64,000 nt of DNA from a virus. Below, one piece after another: positions 36,919 through 47,885 of this stretch; the first letter of the stretch is position 1, and each line of letters opens with the position of its first letter. The translations under genes were made by a program, and so were the position numbers. The notes below the pieces were generated by a model. That model did not search any database and had not been told where the DNA came from. It worked only from the letters and a program-made list of their open reading frames with translations. The stretch spans positions 64,001 through 128,000 of the IMG/VR virus record IMGVR_UViG_3300046168_000026; one strand, given 5' to 3'.

Positions 36919-37155
36919 TTATGCAGATAGATATTCGTTTACAGGTTTTACACCAATGTGTCTTTTTACTTCAACTCCACCTTCTAATAACACAACAGTC
37001 GGTACACTTCTGATTCCGTACTTTTGTGCAAAGTCTGGTTGTTCATCTACATTTATTTTATTTACAGGAATAGTATTCCCCACCTGCTCCATTACGGGAC
37101 TCAACATTTTACATGGACCACACCATGGTGCTGAAAAGTACAAATATTCTTTCAT
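36919..37155 (-). CDS. trx: thioredoxin
   Basis: WCGPC, SVPT. Confidence 0.95.
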   Translation of the reverse strand: MKEYLYFSAPWCGPCKMLSPVMEQVGNTIPVNKINVDEQPDFAQKYGIRSVPTVVLLEGGVEVKRHIGVKPVNEYLSA

Positions 37156-37172
37156 TACTTACCTTTTTTTAA

Positions 37173-38957
37173 TTAACCATCGCAGGATACACAATCGGGG
37201 TCTAATGCTCGTGCTGCGATATCACCACGAAGGACAGATTCCGTTCTCATATAATATAAAGTTTTGATTCCTTGTTTCCATGCTTCTAAAGTAACTTGAT
37301 TAATCCACTTTGGACTTGCTTCAGATGGAAATGCCAGATTCAACGAAACTCCTTGGTCAATATATTGTTGTCTAACACCCGCTTGTCTAACCAATTCTAA
37401 TTGATTAATCTCTTTGAATGTTTTAAAAACATCTTTGACCCAAAAAACTTGGTCTTTATCAAATGCTTCTTGGGAGATGTCTTCTCTTTTTAAGAGTTTA
37501 GCATCAACATATCCCCAATCGTCCAATTCTTTAATATCTTGAACTGAACCACCATCTTCTAAAACTTTATCCCAAGTTCCTTTTTTGTTAATACCCACTT
37601 TCCTAAATACCTTTTCTAATTCAAGGTTTTTACGAATGAATGTTCCCTTTGCCGTTTGTTCCGTAAATACATTGGAAGGCCAAGGTTCAATTCCTGCGGA
37701 TACATTACCACTTAATTTAGAATTAGAAACAGTAGGAGCAATTGCTCTTAAGTGTGTGTTTCTAAATCCACTATCTTTACACCATAATGGTTCACCATAC
37801 TCGGTAGCCATATCTCTTGATGCTCTTTCTGATTCAATCTTTAACTGAGAAAAAATCTTACGAGTTTCAAATTGAGCAGGTAATCCTTCAAAGGAAATAC
37901 CTTTTCTTTGTAAGTAAGTGTGCCATCCTAAGACACCCAAACCTAATGCTCTACCTTTTTCTGCTGAACGAACTGCGTTTTCAAATCCTCTCATATTCTT
38001 AGCTTTTTGTAAGAATTCTGAAAGTACACCATCTAAAAAGTATGTAGCGGTGTATATTAAATCTGTATCTTTCCACTCATCATACTTTGCTAAGTTGAGT
38101 GATGATAAACAACAAACAAAACTATGTGATTCGTCTGTATGTAATGTGATTTCAGAACAGATGTTTGTCATATGAACTTTTAATCCATTGTTTTTGTACA
38201 TTGGTGGATTTGCTTTGTTGATATTACCTTTATACATTATATAAGGTTCACCTGTTGCTTTTCTTTTTTGAAGTACTTTACCCCATTTTCTTCTTGCTTC
38301 TGGGTCAGCTTCTTCCAATCTTCTCATAAACTTATCACCAACAACTACACATTGATGTAAATTCAAACATTGTCTGTTTACATCACCTTTGGGTTCTCTG
38401 ATTTCAATCCATTCATCAAAATCACCATGTTCGATGTTTAAGTTTACGGATGCTGCTCCTCTTCGTACTGCTCCTTGATTTGTAGCAAGGATTGTAGAAT
38501 CATAAATCTTTGCAAATGGTACAACCCCATCTGATGTTCCATTTTGAGTAATATTAGAACCTGCAGGTCTAATCATATTCAAACCTACACCTACTCCACC
38601 ACCATGTTTGGCGAGTAACATCATCTCTAAGTTCTTCTTACCGATATCATTTATTGAGTCTGCCACATCAATTCCAAAACAACTTATTGGTAGTCCTCTA
38701 TCTGTACCTGTATTTGATAGTACAGGTGATGCTAAATTTAGCCAACCTTTCCAAATGTAATCAAAGAATTTTGATGCAAGTTGTGGTTTTTCTAATCTAC
38801 GAGCTACTGCCGTTGATACTCTCCAATATGCATCTTTTGGTTTTTCTCCAGGTAGTAAATAACCATTTGATATAGTTTTTACATATATTTCTGTATTTGC
38901 CCAAACAGGAAAATCCGTACCTATTTCCCACTCTAAATGTTCTGCGTGATTCTTCAT
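37173..38957 (-). CDS. nrdA: class Ia ribonucleotide reductase alpha, no ATP cone (start likely 38957)
   Basis: ISCF, TNICSEI, VCCLSS, IAPT, KTLYY, C-terminal CVSCDG. Confidence 0.95.
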   Translation of the reverse strand: MKNHAEHLEWEIGTDFPVWANTEIYVKTISNGYLLPGEKPKDAYWRVSTAVARRLEKPQLASKFFDYIWKGWLNLASPVLSNTGTDRGLPISCFGIDVADSINDIGKKNLEMMLLAKHGGGVGVGLNMIRPAGSNITQNGTSDGVVPFAKIYDSTILATNQGAVRRGAASVNLNIEHGDFDEWIEIREPKGDVNRQCLNLHQCVVVGDKFMRRLEEADPEARRKWGKVLQKRKATGEPYIMYKGNINKANPPMYKNNGLKVHMTNICSEITLHTDESHSFVCCLSSLNLAKYDEWKDTDLIYTATYFLDGVLSEFLQKAKNMRGFENAVRSAEKGRALGLGVLGWHTYLQRKGISFEGLPAQFETRKIFSQLKIESERASRDMATEYGEPLWCKDSGFRNTHLRAIAPTVSNSKLSGNVSAGIEPWPSNVFTEQTAKGTFIRKNLELEKVFRKVGINKKGTWDKVLEDGGSVQDIKELDDWGYVDAKLLKREDISQEAFDKDQVFWVKDVFKTFKEINQLELVRQAGVRQQYIDQGVSLNLAFPSEASPKWINQVTLEAWKQGIKTLYYMRTESVLRGDIAARALDPDCVSCDG

Positions 38958-38968
38958 AACTTGTTTTC

Positions 38969-39961
38969 TTAAAATATGTCGTCCCAATCTTCACCTTCAT
39001 TTGCCTTACTATAATCAGTAGGCCTCAAAGCGAAGAAGTCCGTATGTGTTTGTCCACCTGTTAAGTGGTAGAACCAATCTAAATTAGATGCTTTTTCCTC
39101 ATCAAAGTCAAAGATACCATTATATCCCAATTCTTTTAATTTAGAGTTTGTTCTTGATTTTATAAATTCTTTTAAATTGTCTGATTTTAGATTTTCCAAA
39201 TCACCCATCTCAAACATTTTATCAATGTACTTAATTTCAAGGTCAACAATTAATCTTGCTGCCTCTTCAATTGATTCTTTACATTCGTCTAATAATTCTG
39301 GATATTCATCACACATATGTCTGAATAACTGACATCCCATCTTGGAATGTAAAGATTCATCTCTTACAGACCATTTCATTTGCTGACCGATACCTTTTAA
39401 CTTGTTTCTCATTTGAAATGAGTAAAGTACTGCGAATGAAGAATATAACGCCACACCCTCTGTAAATGCTGAGAATATAGCGAGTGATTTTCCTACTTCT
39501 TTTCTTGCGTCTGAATTAGATTTTAAATCTTCATGAGTGTATCTGTTTGTTATACTTGCAAGGTTCTCAAATCTCTCTGCCGTTGCAGGTTCATGTAAAA
39601 ATGCCTCAAAGTCTTCTAAACCTAATGATTCGTTTAGATATGAATATGCCGTTGCGTGTATTGTTTCTTGTGAACCAAACATCATTGCCATCTGTTTTAT
39701 CTCATGCTTTGGAAACCAATCGGTAACCATATTAGTCCAATAATCAGATACCGCACATTCAGTTTGTGCAAACCCAAGTAATATATTACCGACTAAGTTT
39801 TTTTCTTCAGGTGTTAAATGTTCGTTCCAATCTTTGATATCCCCTTGCATTGGAATTTCAGTATGTAACCAAAATGCCTGTGCCTGTTTCAACCACCCTT
39901 CTGTATAATATTCAGGGTATTCAAAAGGTTTAAATGGGATACGATTGTCAAATAATGCCAT
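38969..39961 (-). CDS. nrdB: ribonucleotide reductase beta
   Basis: ETIHATAYS, TEGVALYSSF, RDESLH. Confidence 0.95.
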   Translation of the reverse strand: MALFDNRIPFKPFEYPEYYTEGWLKQAQAFWLHTEIPMQGDIKDWNEHLTPEEKNLVGNILLGFAQTECAVSDYWTNMVTDWFPKHEIKQMAMMFGSQETIHATAYSYLNESLGLEDFEAFLHEPATAERFENLASITNRYTHEDLKSNSDARKEVGKSLAIFSAFTEGVALYSSFAVLYSFQMRNKLKGIGQQMKWSVRDESLHSKMGCQLFRHMCDEYPELLDECKESIEEAARLIVDLEIKYIDKMFEMGDLENLKSDNLKEFIKSRTNSKLKELGYNGIFDFDEEKASNLDWFYHLTGGQTHTDFFALRPTDYSKANEGEDWDDIF

Positions 39962-40020
39962 AGTAATTTTTATAGATTTATATTATACATTTATGTTATT
40001 GTCGGTTTTAATATATATGA

Positions 40021-41379
40021 TTAAAAATCGATATCACCCGACATTTCTTTATATTTTTGCGCTAATTCCTTTCTTACTAAACTCTCCCCTTGTTTCATCT
40101 GGGTAGTAGTTTTTCTACCATCAATGGAATCATCGTTGTAAATATGAATTTGGCCTGTTGAGAAGTTTGCTTTAGATGGGAATGTCATTCCATCTGGCCC
40201 AAACCTATTTTTAATAACATGCCATCTACCCGTTCCTGCAAGTTTGTCTTCTATTTTACGAGATAATGATACTACAAAGTCTGCGGTCATCATTTTAGAG
40301 AATGAACCTGCGATTTTTGTACCTGTAATAATATCATCTTCTGCACCACTTCGATTAATCTGTGATGCCGTATAAACGGGAACTTCATATTCACCTGCCA
40401 TACCACGAAGGTCTTCAATAATTTCTTCTAACTCTTCGTGTCGTTTTTCTTTCTGAGGACCTCTAAGTAAGTCTGCGTAATCAACAATAACTACATCAGG
40501 TTTCTTACCTTGTAAAATCATCTTGTCCATATGGGCTTTTAATGATGTTACACCTGCGGTTTTGGTTGGATAATGTTTTACAACTAAGTCACCCTTTACA
40601 TTTTGGACTGCCTTCTCGACATCTTCCATATTAAATTTCAAGTTTCCTACTGCTACTCCACTTAGTACGGCATCATATCTCTGACCAACATAACCTTCAT
40701 TTAATTCAAGAGTATAGTGTGCTACTATCTTCCCTTGTTTCATTGCGTTAACCCCAATGTTTACCAACGACCAAGATTTACCAATACCAGGAGGTGCTGC
40801 GAATAAAACTAACTCACCCTTACCAAAACCACCTTGTGTAATTTCATCAATAACTTGCCAACCTGTTGAGACTACATTCCTAACTGTATCTTCATATCTT
40901 TCGGTAATCATAGATTTGTACTCATGACCAATATCAGAATCTTGACCTGCTTTCATAGCAGTATCAATGTTTTTCTTTATCATATCATATTTCCCACTTT
41001 CTAATAATGGTACTGAATCTAAGATTGCGTTTTTGATAGATTGATTTTTACAGAAGTCAAGAACTTGCTCTTTTACAAATTCCAAATCATCACTTTCTAA
41101 ATGATTCCATGCAAATTTTAATGTATCAACTACCGAAGTTTTTAATACATCTCTTTCTATGGTGTTTATTTTGACTTTGAGAACATCTAAGGTTGGCATC
41201 TTCTCAAATTCATGCATATACTTTAGGATATTTTTTACTAACCACTCTGCTGATTCAGCATCAAAGTACTCTGGCTTTATAATATCATATATCTGTCGTG
41301 TAAACGACCTATCTGATAATATAGAAGATATAACTTTATTCTGAAATGAGGTACTGAACTTACTTCCTAATTTTTCCAT
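40021..41379 (-). CDS. replicative helicase (gp41/DnaB-like)
   Basis: APPGIGKS, IVDYAD, TASQINR, KNRFG. Confidence 0.93.
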   Translation of the reverse strand: MEKLGSKFSTSFQNKVISSILSDRSFTRQIYDIIKPEYFDAESAEWLVKNILKYMHEFEKMPTLDVLKVKINTIERDVLKTSVVDTLKFAWNHLESDDLEFVKEQVLDFCKNQSIKNAILDSVPLLESGKYDMIKKNIDTAMKAGQDSDIGHEYKSMITERYEDTVRNVVSTGWQVIDEITQGGFGKGELVLFAAPPGIGKSWSLVNIGVNAMKQGKIVAHYTLELNEGYVGQRYDAVLSGVAVGNLKFNMEDVEKAVQNVKGDLVVKHYPTKTAGVTSLKAHMDKMILQGKKPDVVIVDYADLLRGPQKEKRHEELEEIIEDLRGMAGEYEVPVYTASQINRSGAEDDIITGTKIAGSFSKMMTADFVVSLSRKIEDKLAGTGRWHVIKNRFGPDGMTFPSKANFSTGQIHIYNDDSIDGRKTTTQMKQGESLVRKELAQKYKEMSGDIDF

Positions 41380-41384
41380 AGACT

Positions 41385-41415
41385 ACAATATACGAAATTA
41401 TTTTTTAATATCAAA
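41385..41415 (-). promoter_or_regulatory. Bacteroidota sigma-A-type promoter
   Basis: TTTG-N19-TATATTGT. Confidence 0.65.
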
Positions 41416-42453
41416 GTGATTCTTAAGATAATTGTCTAATGATGTAAATGAATTTCTTAACCACGAATCTACATTTGCAAATGCGGTGTATAATTTGTCA
41501 TACATAAACATCTTTTTGAACTCTACTATGTTTAGTTGAGGTTGGTGTACATCCATCATTTCTCTAACATTAGATGTAATTGATGAAGATATCTCAGGGT
41601 CAGATAATTGCATTAACCCATAATTCATATTTATTGTATCTAAATTGTCCATAAGTTTTTTTGACAACTTCTCATCACACTCTTTAGAACATTTCTCTAT
41701 GAATGTGTCTAAAGAAAGGTGATTTTCCGTTAAAAACTTCATTTTAGATTCAATTGTCTTAATACCAACACCATTTACACCTTTTATGTTATCTGATTTG
41801 TCACCCATTAAAACTCTGTAAAATATAAGATTTTGTGCACTTACTCCGAAGTCTTCTTTAACCTCTGTTTCAGTATACATTTTCTTTTTAGTGGGTGTAT
41901 ACACTTGGATTCGGTGATTTACTAATTGTAAAAAGTCCTTATCAGATGAAAGAATAGTTACCTGCTTTTCAAAGTAGTGATTTGCAAGATATGCTATAAT
42001 ATCGTCTGCTTCTACATAATCTATATAAGTCATTGTTATCGGTAATATCTGTAAGTACTCAATTAATCTCTTAAATTGATTCCTCATAGATACTCGTTGG
42101 TCTTCTAAGTCCTCATATCCTGCAAGTCTATTTAACTTAGTTAACCCCGTTCTACCTTCCTTATATCCCTTATATACGGACTTTCTTCTGTTTGAACCAC
42201 CTTTTCCATCAAAGACTATAATAACACGAGTTGGTTTTAATCTTCTAATCGTTGCAGCGGTGGACAAGAGAAACCCTGTCACACCACCACAATGTTCACC
42301 ATCATCATTTAAAGCAGGTACTGCTCCAAATACTCTAATGAATTGATTAAGACCATCAATGATAAGAACTCTATCATTGAGTGATTCATTTTTAGTTGTA
42401 TTATATTCTTTGTTTACTTCCTCAAGAAGTTCTGCGTATTTACTATTCATCAA
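41398..42453 (-). CDS. 5'-3' exonuclease / flap endonuclease (T4 RNase H-like)
   Basis: IIDGLN, VFDG, YK..R, EADD, SSDKD, GDKSDNIKGV. Confidence 0.93.
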   Translation of the reverse strand: MMNSKYAELLEEVNKEYNTTKNESLNDRVLIIDGLNQFIRVFGAVPALNDDGEHCGGVTGFLLSTAATIRRLKPTRVIIVFDGKGGSNRRKSVYKGYKEGRTGLTKLNRLAGYEDLEDQRVSMRNQFKRLIEYLQILPITMTYIDYVEADDIIAYLANHYFEKQVTILSSDKDFLQLVNHRIQVYTPTKKKMYTETEVKEDFGVSAQNLIFYRVLMGDKSDNIKGVNGVGIKTIESKMKFLTENHLSLDTFIEKCSKECDEKLSKKLMDNLDTINMNYGLMQLSDPEISSSITSNVREMMDVHQPQLNIVEFKKMFMYDKLYTAFANVDSWLRNSFTSLDNYLKNHFDIKK

Positions 42454-43576
42454 AATCTGTTACTTCAACATTATCAATATTTGCCTCTTCACTTGATTTC
42501 TTGTATGCCATAATATATGAATTACAGATTTCTTCGTAAAGAGATTCTTTTAGCTCAGGTCTCTCTTCGAGAATGTCTTCAAAATTCTTTGCTTGGAATT
42601 TTAGTTCCTCACCTGTCGTTTTGTCAACATAAGTGTACCATGCACCACTTTGAGTTACCAACTTATATGTTTTCATCATTTGTAACCATGAACCATAATT
42701 GTCGATACCACTATCAAAGTAGATATCATAGTCAACTGAACGAAGAGGTGGCCCCATTCTATTCTTGATAACTTGAGCACGAGTTTTGATACCAACTACT
42801 TGGTCAACCCCACCTATTTTAGATTTAAGTTGTCCCATAGATTTTAGTCTTAGTCTACAAGATGAGTGGAATGCGATTGCTTTACCACCACTTGTAGTCC
42901 AAGGGTCACCGAATGAAACACCTAATCTTGTTCTTAACTGATTTGTGAATATTAATGAGATTCGTTCTCTACCAATAAGATTAGTAACTTTTCTCATAGC
43001 TTTAGAGATAATAATAGCTTTCTGAGTTGCATAACCTGCTTGGTCATAATCTGCTGATAACTCAACCTTAGTTGATGCACCAGCAACAGAGTCTACTACT
43101 ATTGTTACTAACTTCTTCTTATCAGAACCTCTTACAGATTCTATAATAGAGTCGATTGCTTCAAATATATCTTCTACGGATTCAAGAGGAACATATAACA
43201 TCTTTTCGATATCAATTCCAATAGCCGCCAAAAACTCAGTATTACAAGCATTCTCAGTATCTATGTAAACACCAAGACCACCCTTCTTTTGAGTGTCTGC
43301 TATTGCGTGTGCAGCTAGTAATGATTTTCCACTTCCTTCTAAGCCAGTAATCTCAGTTATACGACCTACTGGTAATCCACCATTTGGTCTGTTTGAGATT
43401 GCCAAATCTAACATTGGAGAACCTGTCGAAACCCACCCATCAAGGTCAGTTGGAGTTTGTTCCCCACCATCCAAGAAGTAAGCCACCTTGTGGGTGGACT
43501 TAAACTTCTTGTTTAGATTGGTAGCTAAGATGGAAGATAGTTCATCACGAACTGATTCTTTCTTCTTCTTTGCCAT
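42443..43576 (-). CDS. uvsX: RecA/UvsX recombinase
   Basis: GLEGSGKS, YIDTE, VVDSVA, SGGKAIAF. Confidence 0.93.
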   Translation of the reverse strand: MAKKKKESVRDELSSILATNLNKKFKSTHKVAYFLDGGEQTPTDLDGWVSTGSPMLDLAISNRPNGGLPVGRITEITGLEGSGKSLLAAHAIADTQKKGGLGVYIDTENACNTEFLAAIGIDIEKMLYVPLESVEDIFEAIDSIIESVRGSDKKKLVTIVVDSVAGASTKVELSADYDQAGYATQKAIIISKAMRKVTNLIGRERISLIFTNQLRTRLGVSFGDPWTTSGGKAIAFHSSCRLRLKSMGQLKSKIGGVDQVVGIKTRAQVIKNRMGPPLRSVDYDIYFDSGIDNYGSWLQMMKTYKLVTQSGAWYTYVDKTTGEELKFQAKNFEDILEERPELKESLYEEICNSYIMAYKKSSEEANIDNVEVTDFDE

Positions 43577-43579
43577 AAA

Positions 43580-44341
43580 TTATTCGTTAAATAAGTCGTC
43601 AAACGCCTCTTTTACATTACTTGCTGGAGAGGTTGCAGTTGTAGTTTCTTTAACTTCAACTTTAGGTTCTTCTTTTTTATCAGAAACTTCACCTGTATCT
43701 AACCATTCTTTCAACATTCCTTCCATTTCCTCATAAGAAACTTTTTTGAACATATCACCAAGAACGATTTGGTCTTTAGAGGTTTCTAAAATGTTCTTAT
43801 CCTCTGAGATAGGTGTTGTATTAGGTTTTACTCTGATGTATGTCTCAGGATAAGTTTTACCTAATTCTGCAGCAGTTTTAAATTCTACTGTTACATCTCT
43901 ACCATTCACAGGGTCAGTTAAATCACCATAGTCAGGGTCAGCGAAGAATCCAAGAAGTTCTTGGTATACATTCTTACCGAATCCCCAAAACTTAACACCT
44001 TCAGACTCTTCACCTCTAACGATGATAGGAACATAAGTTCTCATCTTTGGAGTTAATTTTCTTGAAAGTTGGTAATCGTTTCTGTCACCTGTTGCTTTCA
44101 ACTTTTCTGCAAACTCTAAAATAGGGTCTGCTTCACCAAAAGAACTTGGGCTGATAATGTTTTTACCACCAAATCCAAAATGGAAATAAAGTTCGATGAA
44201 CGGGTTAGAAGGATTGTGAACATAAGGAAGAATCCTTACTTGTTGTTTGCCGGGTTGTGGTTTCCACAAGTTGTCGGTCTTTGTTACTTTGGTCTGAAGA
44301 GAATTCAGACGATTGCGGATTGCGTTTAAATCAATTGCCAT
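43580..44341 (-). CDS. single-stranded DNA-binding protein (gp32-like)
   Basis: WKP..VRILP, FWGFGK, acidic tail AFDDLFNE. Confidence 0.85.
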   Translation of the reverse strand: MAIDLNAIRNRLNSLQTKVTKTDNLWKPQPGKQQVRILPYVHNPSNPFIELYFHFGFGGKNIISPSSFGEADPILEFAEKLKATGDRNDYQLSRKLTPKMRTYVPIIVRGEESEGVKFWGFGKNVYQELLGFFADPDYGDLTDPVNGRDVTVEFKTAAELGKTYPETYIRVKPNTTPISEDKNILETSKDQIVLGDMFKKVSYEEMEGMLKEWLDTGEVSDKKEEPKVEVKETTTATSPASNVKEAFDDLFNE

Positions 44342-44380
44342 AATTTACCTTTTTTAATTATTAATTATTTATGTTAGTCA

Positions 44381-44412
44381 CTAATATACAACATTTGGTT
44401 GACAAATCCAAA
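44381..44412 (-). promoter_or_regulatory. Bacteroidota sigma-A-type promoter
   Basis: TTTG-N20-TATATTAG; a TATTTATA motif also lies at 44455..44462. Confidence 0.7.
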
Positions 44413-44495
44413 TATATTCTTAATTATTTTTTATTTTGTTCTTTTCAGTACTACTATAAATATGTAAAAATATTTAATAACGCAGTTTATATGAA

Positions 44496-45375
44496 TTAAA
44501 TCAGATTAGTTAGTATTCCCTCATTGACGAGTTCCAAATAGTGGTTTCTGTAATCTATATCTTCCATATCACCTTGTCTTAATTCAATAGGAGTACTGTA
44601 TTCTTGATTCATTGCGAAAATACGAACTGACTCTTCAAAATCAGGTATTCTATCATATAACTTCATACCATCATAGTACTCAGCAAACGGACTCTTTGCG
44701 TCCCAATTTGTATGAATCATTAAATCTTGCTCGTACCATTTGTATCGTTTACCTACTTGTAATGTTCCTGTTCCCGTTAACAACTTACTTCGAGGTTTAC
44801 TCCTATCGTATGGATTTTGGATTGGTCGTCTAGCATCCTTTTCATAATACCATGGCCATTGTTCGTGTTGAAACATCCAAAACCCATCTTTAAATTTTGT
44901 TTTAGGTGCATATGAGTGTTTAAGCATTGGTTCATGAACTTCAGAATCAAAATTAGAACCACCTGAAATATGCTTTACATAAGTGTAATATCTTTGAAAG
45001 ATTTTGTATTGTTCTTCTGATGGACTATTAATGAACACAAGGTCAATACATTCCCATGCCATTCTGAATATCTTTATTACATCTTCGTGTAGTATTGGTC
45101 TAACTAAATCCCCATACTCCCCAAATTGAAGCTTTAAGAAAATCTAACTGCTCTCTTGTAAAGTCGTGTACTAAATATATCCATTTGAATTGTTCAGAGT
45201 CTACAAATTTTTGAATTAACTCATCATCAGTATAACCGACTATAACCGCAGTTCGTTTTGGTTGAAAATCAACTGGTATAGATTTACCACTACCTATCTG
45301 ATAATTGTCTTTATGAAAATTGTGTCTTTTGATACATGATAACATATCATCAAGACCATTATAACTTTTTTGCAT
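44496..45375 (-). CDS. hypothetical protein, probably one gene split by a +1 G insertion near 45110-45122
   Basis: Removing one G joins 45100..45375 to 44496..45062 via ...DLVRPILHEDVIKIFRMAWE. Confidence 0.55.
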
Positions 45376-45380
45376 ATAAC

Positions 45381-45770
45381 TTAGTTTACATTGACTATTC
45401 TAAATAAACTTGTATTTAATATTTTGTATCCATCACCTTCTGTTAGAATCATAGAGTTTCTATAACTATCCCAATCAATTTTATATGTTTTATCCTCAAC
45501 ACCACCATTTAAGTCTACAATCAATCTATTCAATGCGTTGATTGTGTAAATAGTGTTTGACTCTTTCTTACGATGTGCTAATATAGTACTTCCTAAGAAT
45601 TTTCTTTCATTGTTTGGTATGATGTTATAACTAATCACTAATTCTTGTGATGGTTTTAATTTTAAAATAAATATCTTTCTACTATAAAGGATGAATGAGT
45701 CTTGAATAGTTTCTAAAACCGATTCAAATTCAGCTTCATTAGTAAATGTACATAATAATTGCGTTCTCAC
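45381..45770 (-). CDS. hypothetical phage protein
   Basis: QLLCTF..HRKKESNTIYTINALN. Confidence 0.7.
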   Translation of the reverse strand: MRTQLLCTFTNEAEFESVLETIQDSFILYSRKIFILKLKPSQELVISYNIIPNNERKFLGSTILAHRKKESNTIYTINALNRLIVDLNGGVEDKTYKIDWDSYRNSMILTEGDGYKILNTSLFRIVNVN

Positions 45771-45779
45771 CCATATCCC

Positions 45780-47873
45780 TTATTTTATCTTTAAAGCTGA
45801 TTTAACTTTTCCTAATGGAAGTTCTTGTGTACCTTCAAAGTTGTAACTATATCTACCAGATGAATTAGTTCCCATTCTAAATTGGGAATATTTCATATCA
45901 CCTGTTGTTTCATTTATACCTGTTAATCCATATCCCGTCATTGTGAAATACTTACCATCTTTTGCGTTTGTTCTTAAAAAGAATACCGTTGTATCTGATA
46001 AGTCTTTTGACAACTTGTCTTGTACAAATTTTTCAGAACCAGGAAATTGTTTATATGTAGTTCCTTTTCCATCTTTATCTACACCAAAGACTTTATATAA
46101 AGGTAATGTTGTTTTACCATATATCATTTCTTTCTCTATCTCTATTAGTTGTGAGTATAACTTTTTTGCATCGCCAGATAAATCACCCAATATACTTTTA
46201 AGTACGATTGCTGATTGAAAGTTTGTCAATAACTTAGCAACAGTATCTTTTGATACAGGTGCAGTTAAAGAGAGTTTTTCATATCCGTTATAGTAAAATG
46301 CTGGATTTGATATAGCTGAACTATACAATGCTTTTAGTTTAGTATCCACATTAGTTACTAATTTATCTAATACTTTTTGATTTGTTGCAATTTGTTCAAA
46401 AGAATCATATATAGATGGTTTCTTAGCTTCATTTAGAATACCTTCATGTAACCCTGCTCTTAGTAATTCTTTTTCTAATTTTTTAACTTCAGATTTTGGA
46501 GATTTTTTTAATCCCTTGAATATCTTTTTTGAGAATCCAAATAAGAATTTTCCTAATTGAGAAATTTTCTGTAATAAGTTAGAACCAATACCTTTTATAA
46601 AAGCAACACCCTTATTTAAAAAGTCTCTTAATCCCTCATTCAATTGAACTGACTCTAATGCCAAATTCTTAACATCCTCAGTACCCAATAACCCATACTT
46701 GTCTTTTAAGAATCCGTATATTTTACCTAATTGAGCTCCACCTTCTGCTTTTTTGAGTGATACTTGTATAAACTTAATACTTGTACCAATTATTGTACAA
46801 ACACCCTTTTTATCATATTCAACAGGTAACCCTTCACCTAACTTAGATATAAGTTCAGACGATGGGACATTGGATATAACACAATCAGCAGTATTATCTT
46901 TTACACCATCTACTAATTCAGAACGCTCAGTAGCTTGATAATATCCTTTTATATTTTTATGAGTTATAAATGCACCTTTAAATTTCATATCATCTGTAAA
47001 CTTGGTCATACCTGCCATTAATTGTGCTATCAAGAAATAATCACCAAGTGGCATTGTATCTAATTTAGATAAAATCTCATTAGGTTTTGCGTATTCTCCA
47101 CTACTTCCCAATGCTTTTACAAATTTCTGTTTTACATCGTTAGTAACTTTTGGTAAAGTTTCTTCGGTAGCTGAATTTAATTGTTTAAGTATACTGAAAC
47201 CATTTACATATGTTCCCATACATTGTGCAGTTTCCATCGTTTCTGTATCAAAGTTTACATCAGTTGGTTTAGAACCTTTTCTCATTTTACCAAATAAAGA
47301 CTGAATGTTTCCATTACTTGCAGTAATTATATAATTTTTACCAGTATCTTCAGCGGATACATATACAGTTTGACCATTATTTATTTTTACTTGAACACCA
47401 TCTTCAGTAGGTGCTATTTTAGTAAAAGGTCCTTTAGGTACTTTTTCACCTTTTGGTAATCCCATTTGTAATAAATCTGCGGTATTTTTAAGTGGTATGA
47501 ATTTATCACCTATTGCATATTTGTTATCATATATGGAAGCTTCACTAAGGAGTTGTCCTAATTGAATTAGTATATTTTCTTTTACTTTTTCTTTATCCTT
47601 TAACTTGTCTTTTTCAATCTGAGTCAACATTCCAAATTTGTCAATCTCTTTTTCGTCACCAGAGTCAGGTCTTTCTTCTTCTGGCTCTTCTTCATTATCT
47701 TTATCAAACTCTTGAATTAGAATATCAGCTTTTGCTTCACCAACCTCATCTATAAGATGATAATAAAAAGATTTTAAGAATTCTTCAGTATAAATACCTT
47801 CAGTAAGTTTAGTGTCTATATCAGACCAAACCTTCCGTAATATTCTATCTACTATGTTTTGGGATTTCTTCAT
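45780..47873 (-). CDS. large protein with putative PD-(D/E)XK-like motif
   Basis: ETMETAQ..DNTADCV..QVSLKK; several LxE motifs; TATTTATA just upstream. Confidence 0.6.
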   Translation of the reverse strand: MKKSQNIVDRILRKVWSDIDTKLTEGIYTEEFLKSFYYHLIDEVGEAKADILIQEFDKDNEEEPEEERPDSGDEKEIDKFGMLTQIEKDKLKDKEKVKENILIQLGQLLSEASIYDNKYAIGDKFIPLKNTADLLQMGLPKGEKVPKGPFTKIAPTEDGVQVKINNGQTVYVSAEDTGKNYIITASNGNIQSLFGKMRKGSKPTDVNFDTETMETAQCMGTYVNGFSILKQLNSATEETLPKVTNDVKQKFVKALGSSGEYAKPNEILSKLDTMPLGDYFLIAQLMAGMTKFTDDMKFKGAFITHKNIKGYYQATERSELVDGVKDNTADCVISNVPSSELISKLGEGLPVEYDKKGVCTIIGTSIKFIQVSLKKAEGGAQLGKIYGFLKDKYGLLGTEDVKNLALESVQLNEGLRDFLNKGVAFIKGIGSNLLQKISQLGKFLFGFSKKIFKGLKKSPKSEVKKLEKELLRAGLHEGILNEAKKPSIYDSFEQIATNQKVLDKLVTNVDTKLKALYSSAISNPAFYYNGYEKLSLTAPVSKDTVAKLLTNFQSAIVLKSILGDLSGDAKKLYSQLIEIEKEMIYGKTTLPLYKVFGVDKDGKGTTYKQFPGSEKFVQDKLSKDLSDTTVFFLRTNAKDGKYFTMTGYGLTGINETTGDMKYSQFRMGTNSSGRYSYNFEGTQELPLGKVKSALKIK

Positions 47874-47885
47874 AACTATAAATAC

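Noticed and set aside
29828-43576. Inteins or introns in PolB, NrdA/B, helicase or RecA
   Set aside because: Protein lengths are normal and no splicing or homing-endonuclease insertions are visible.
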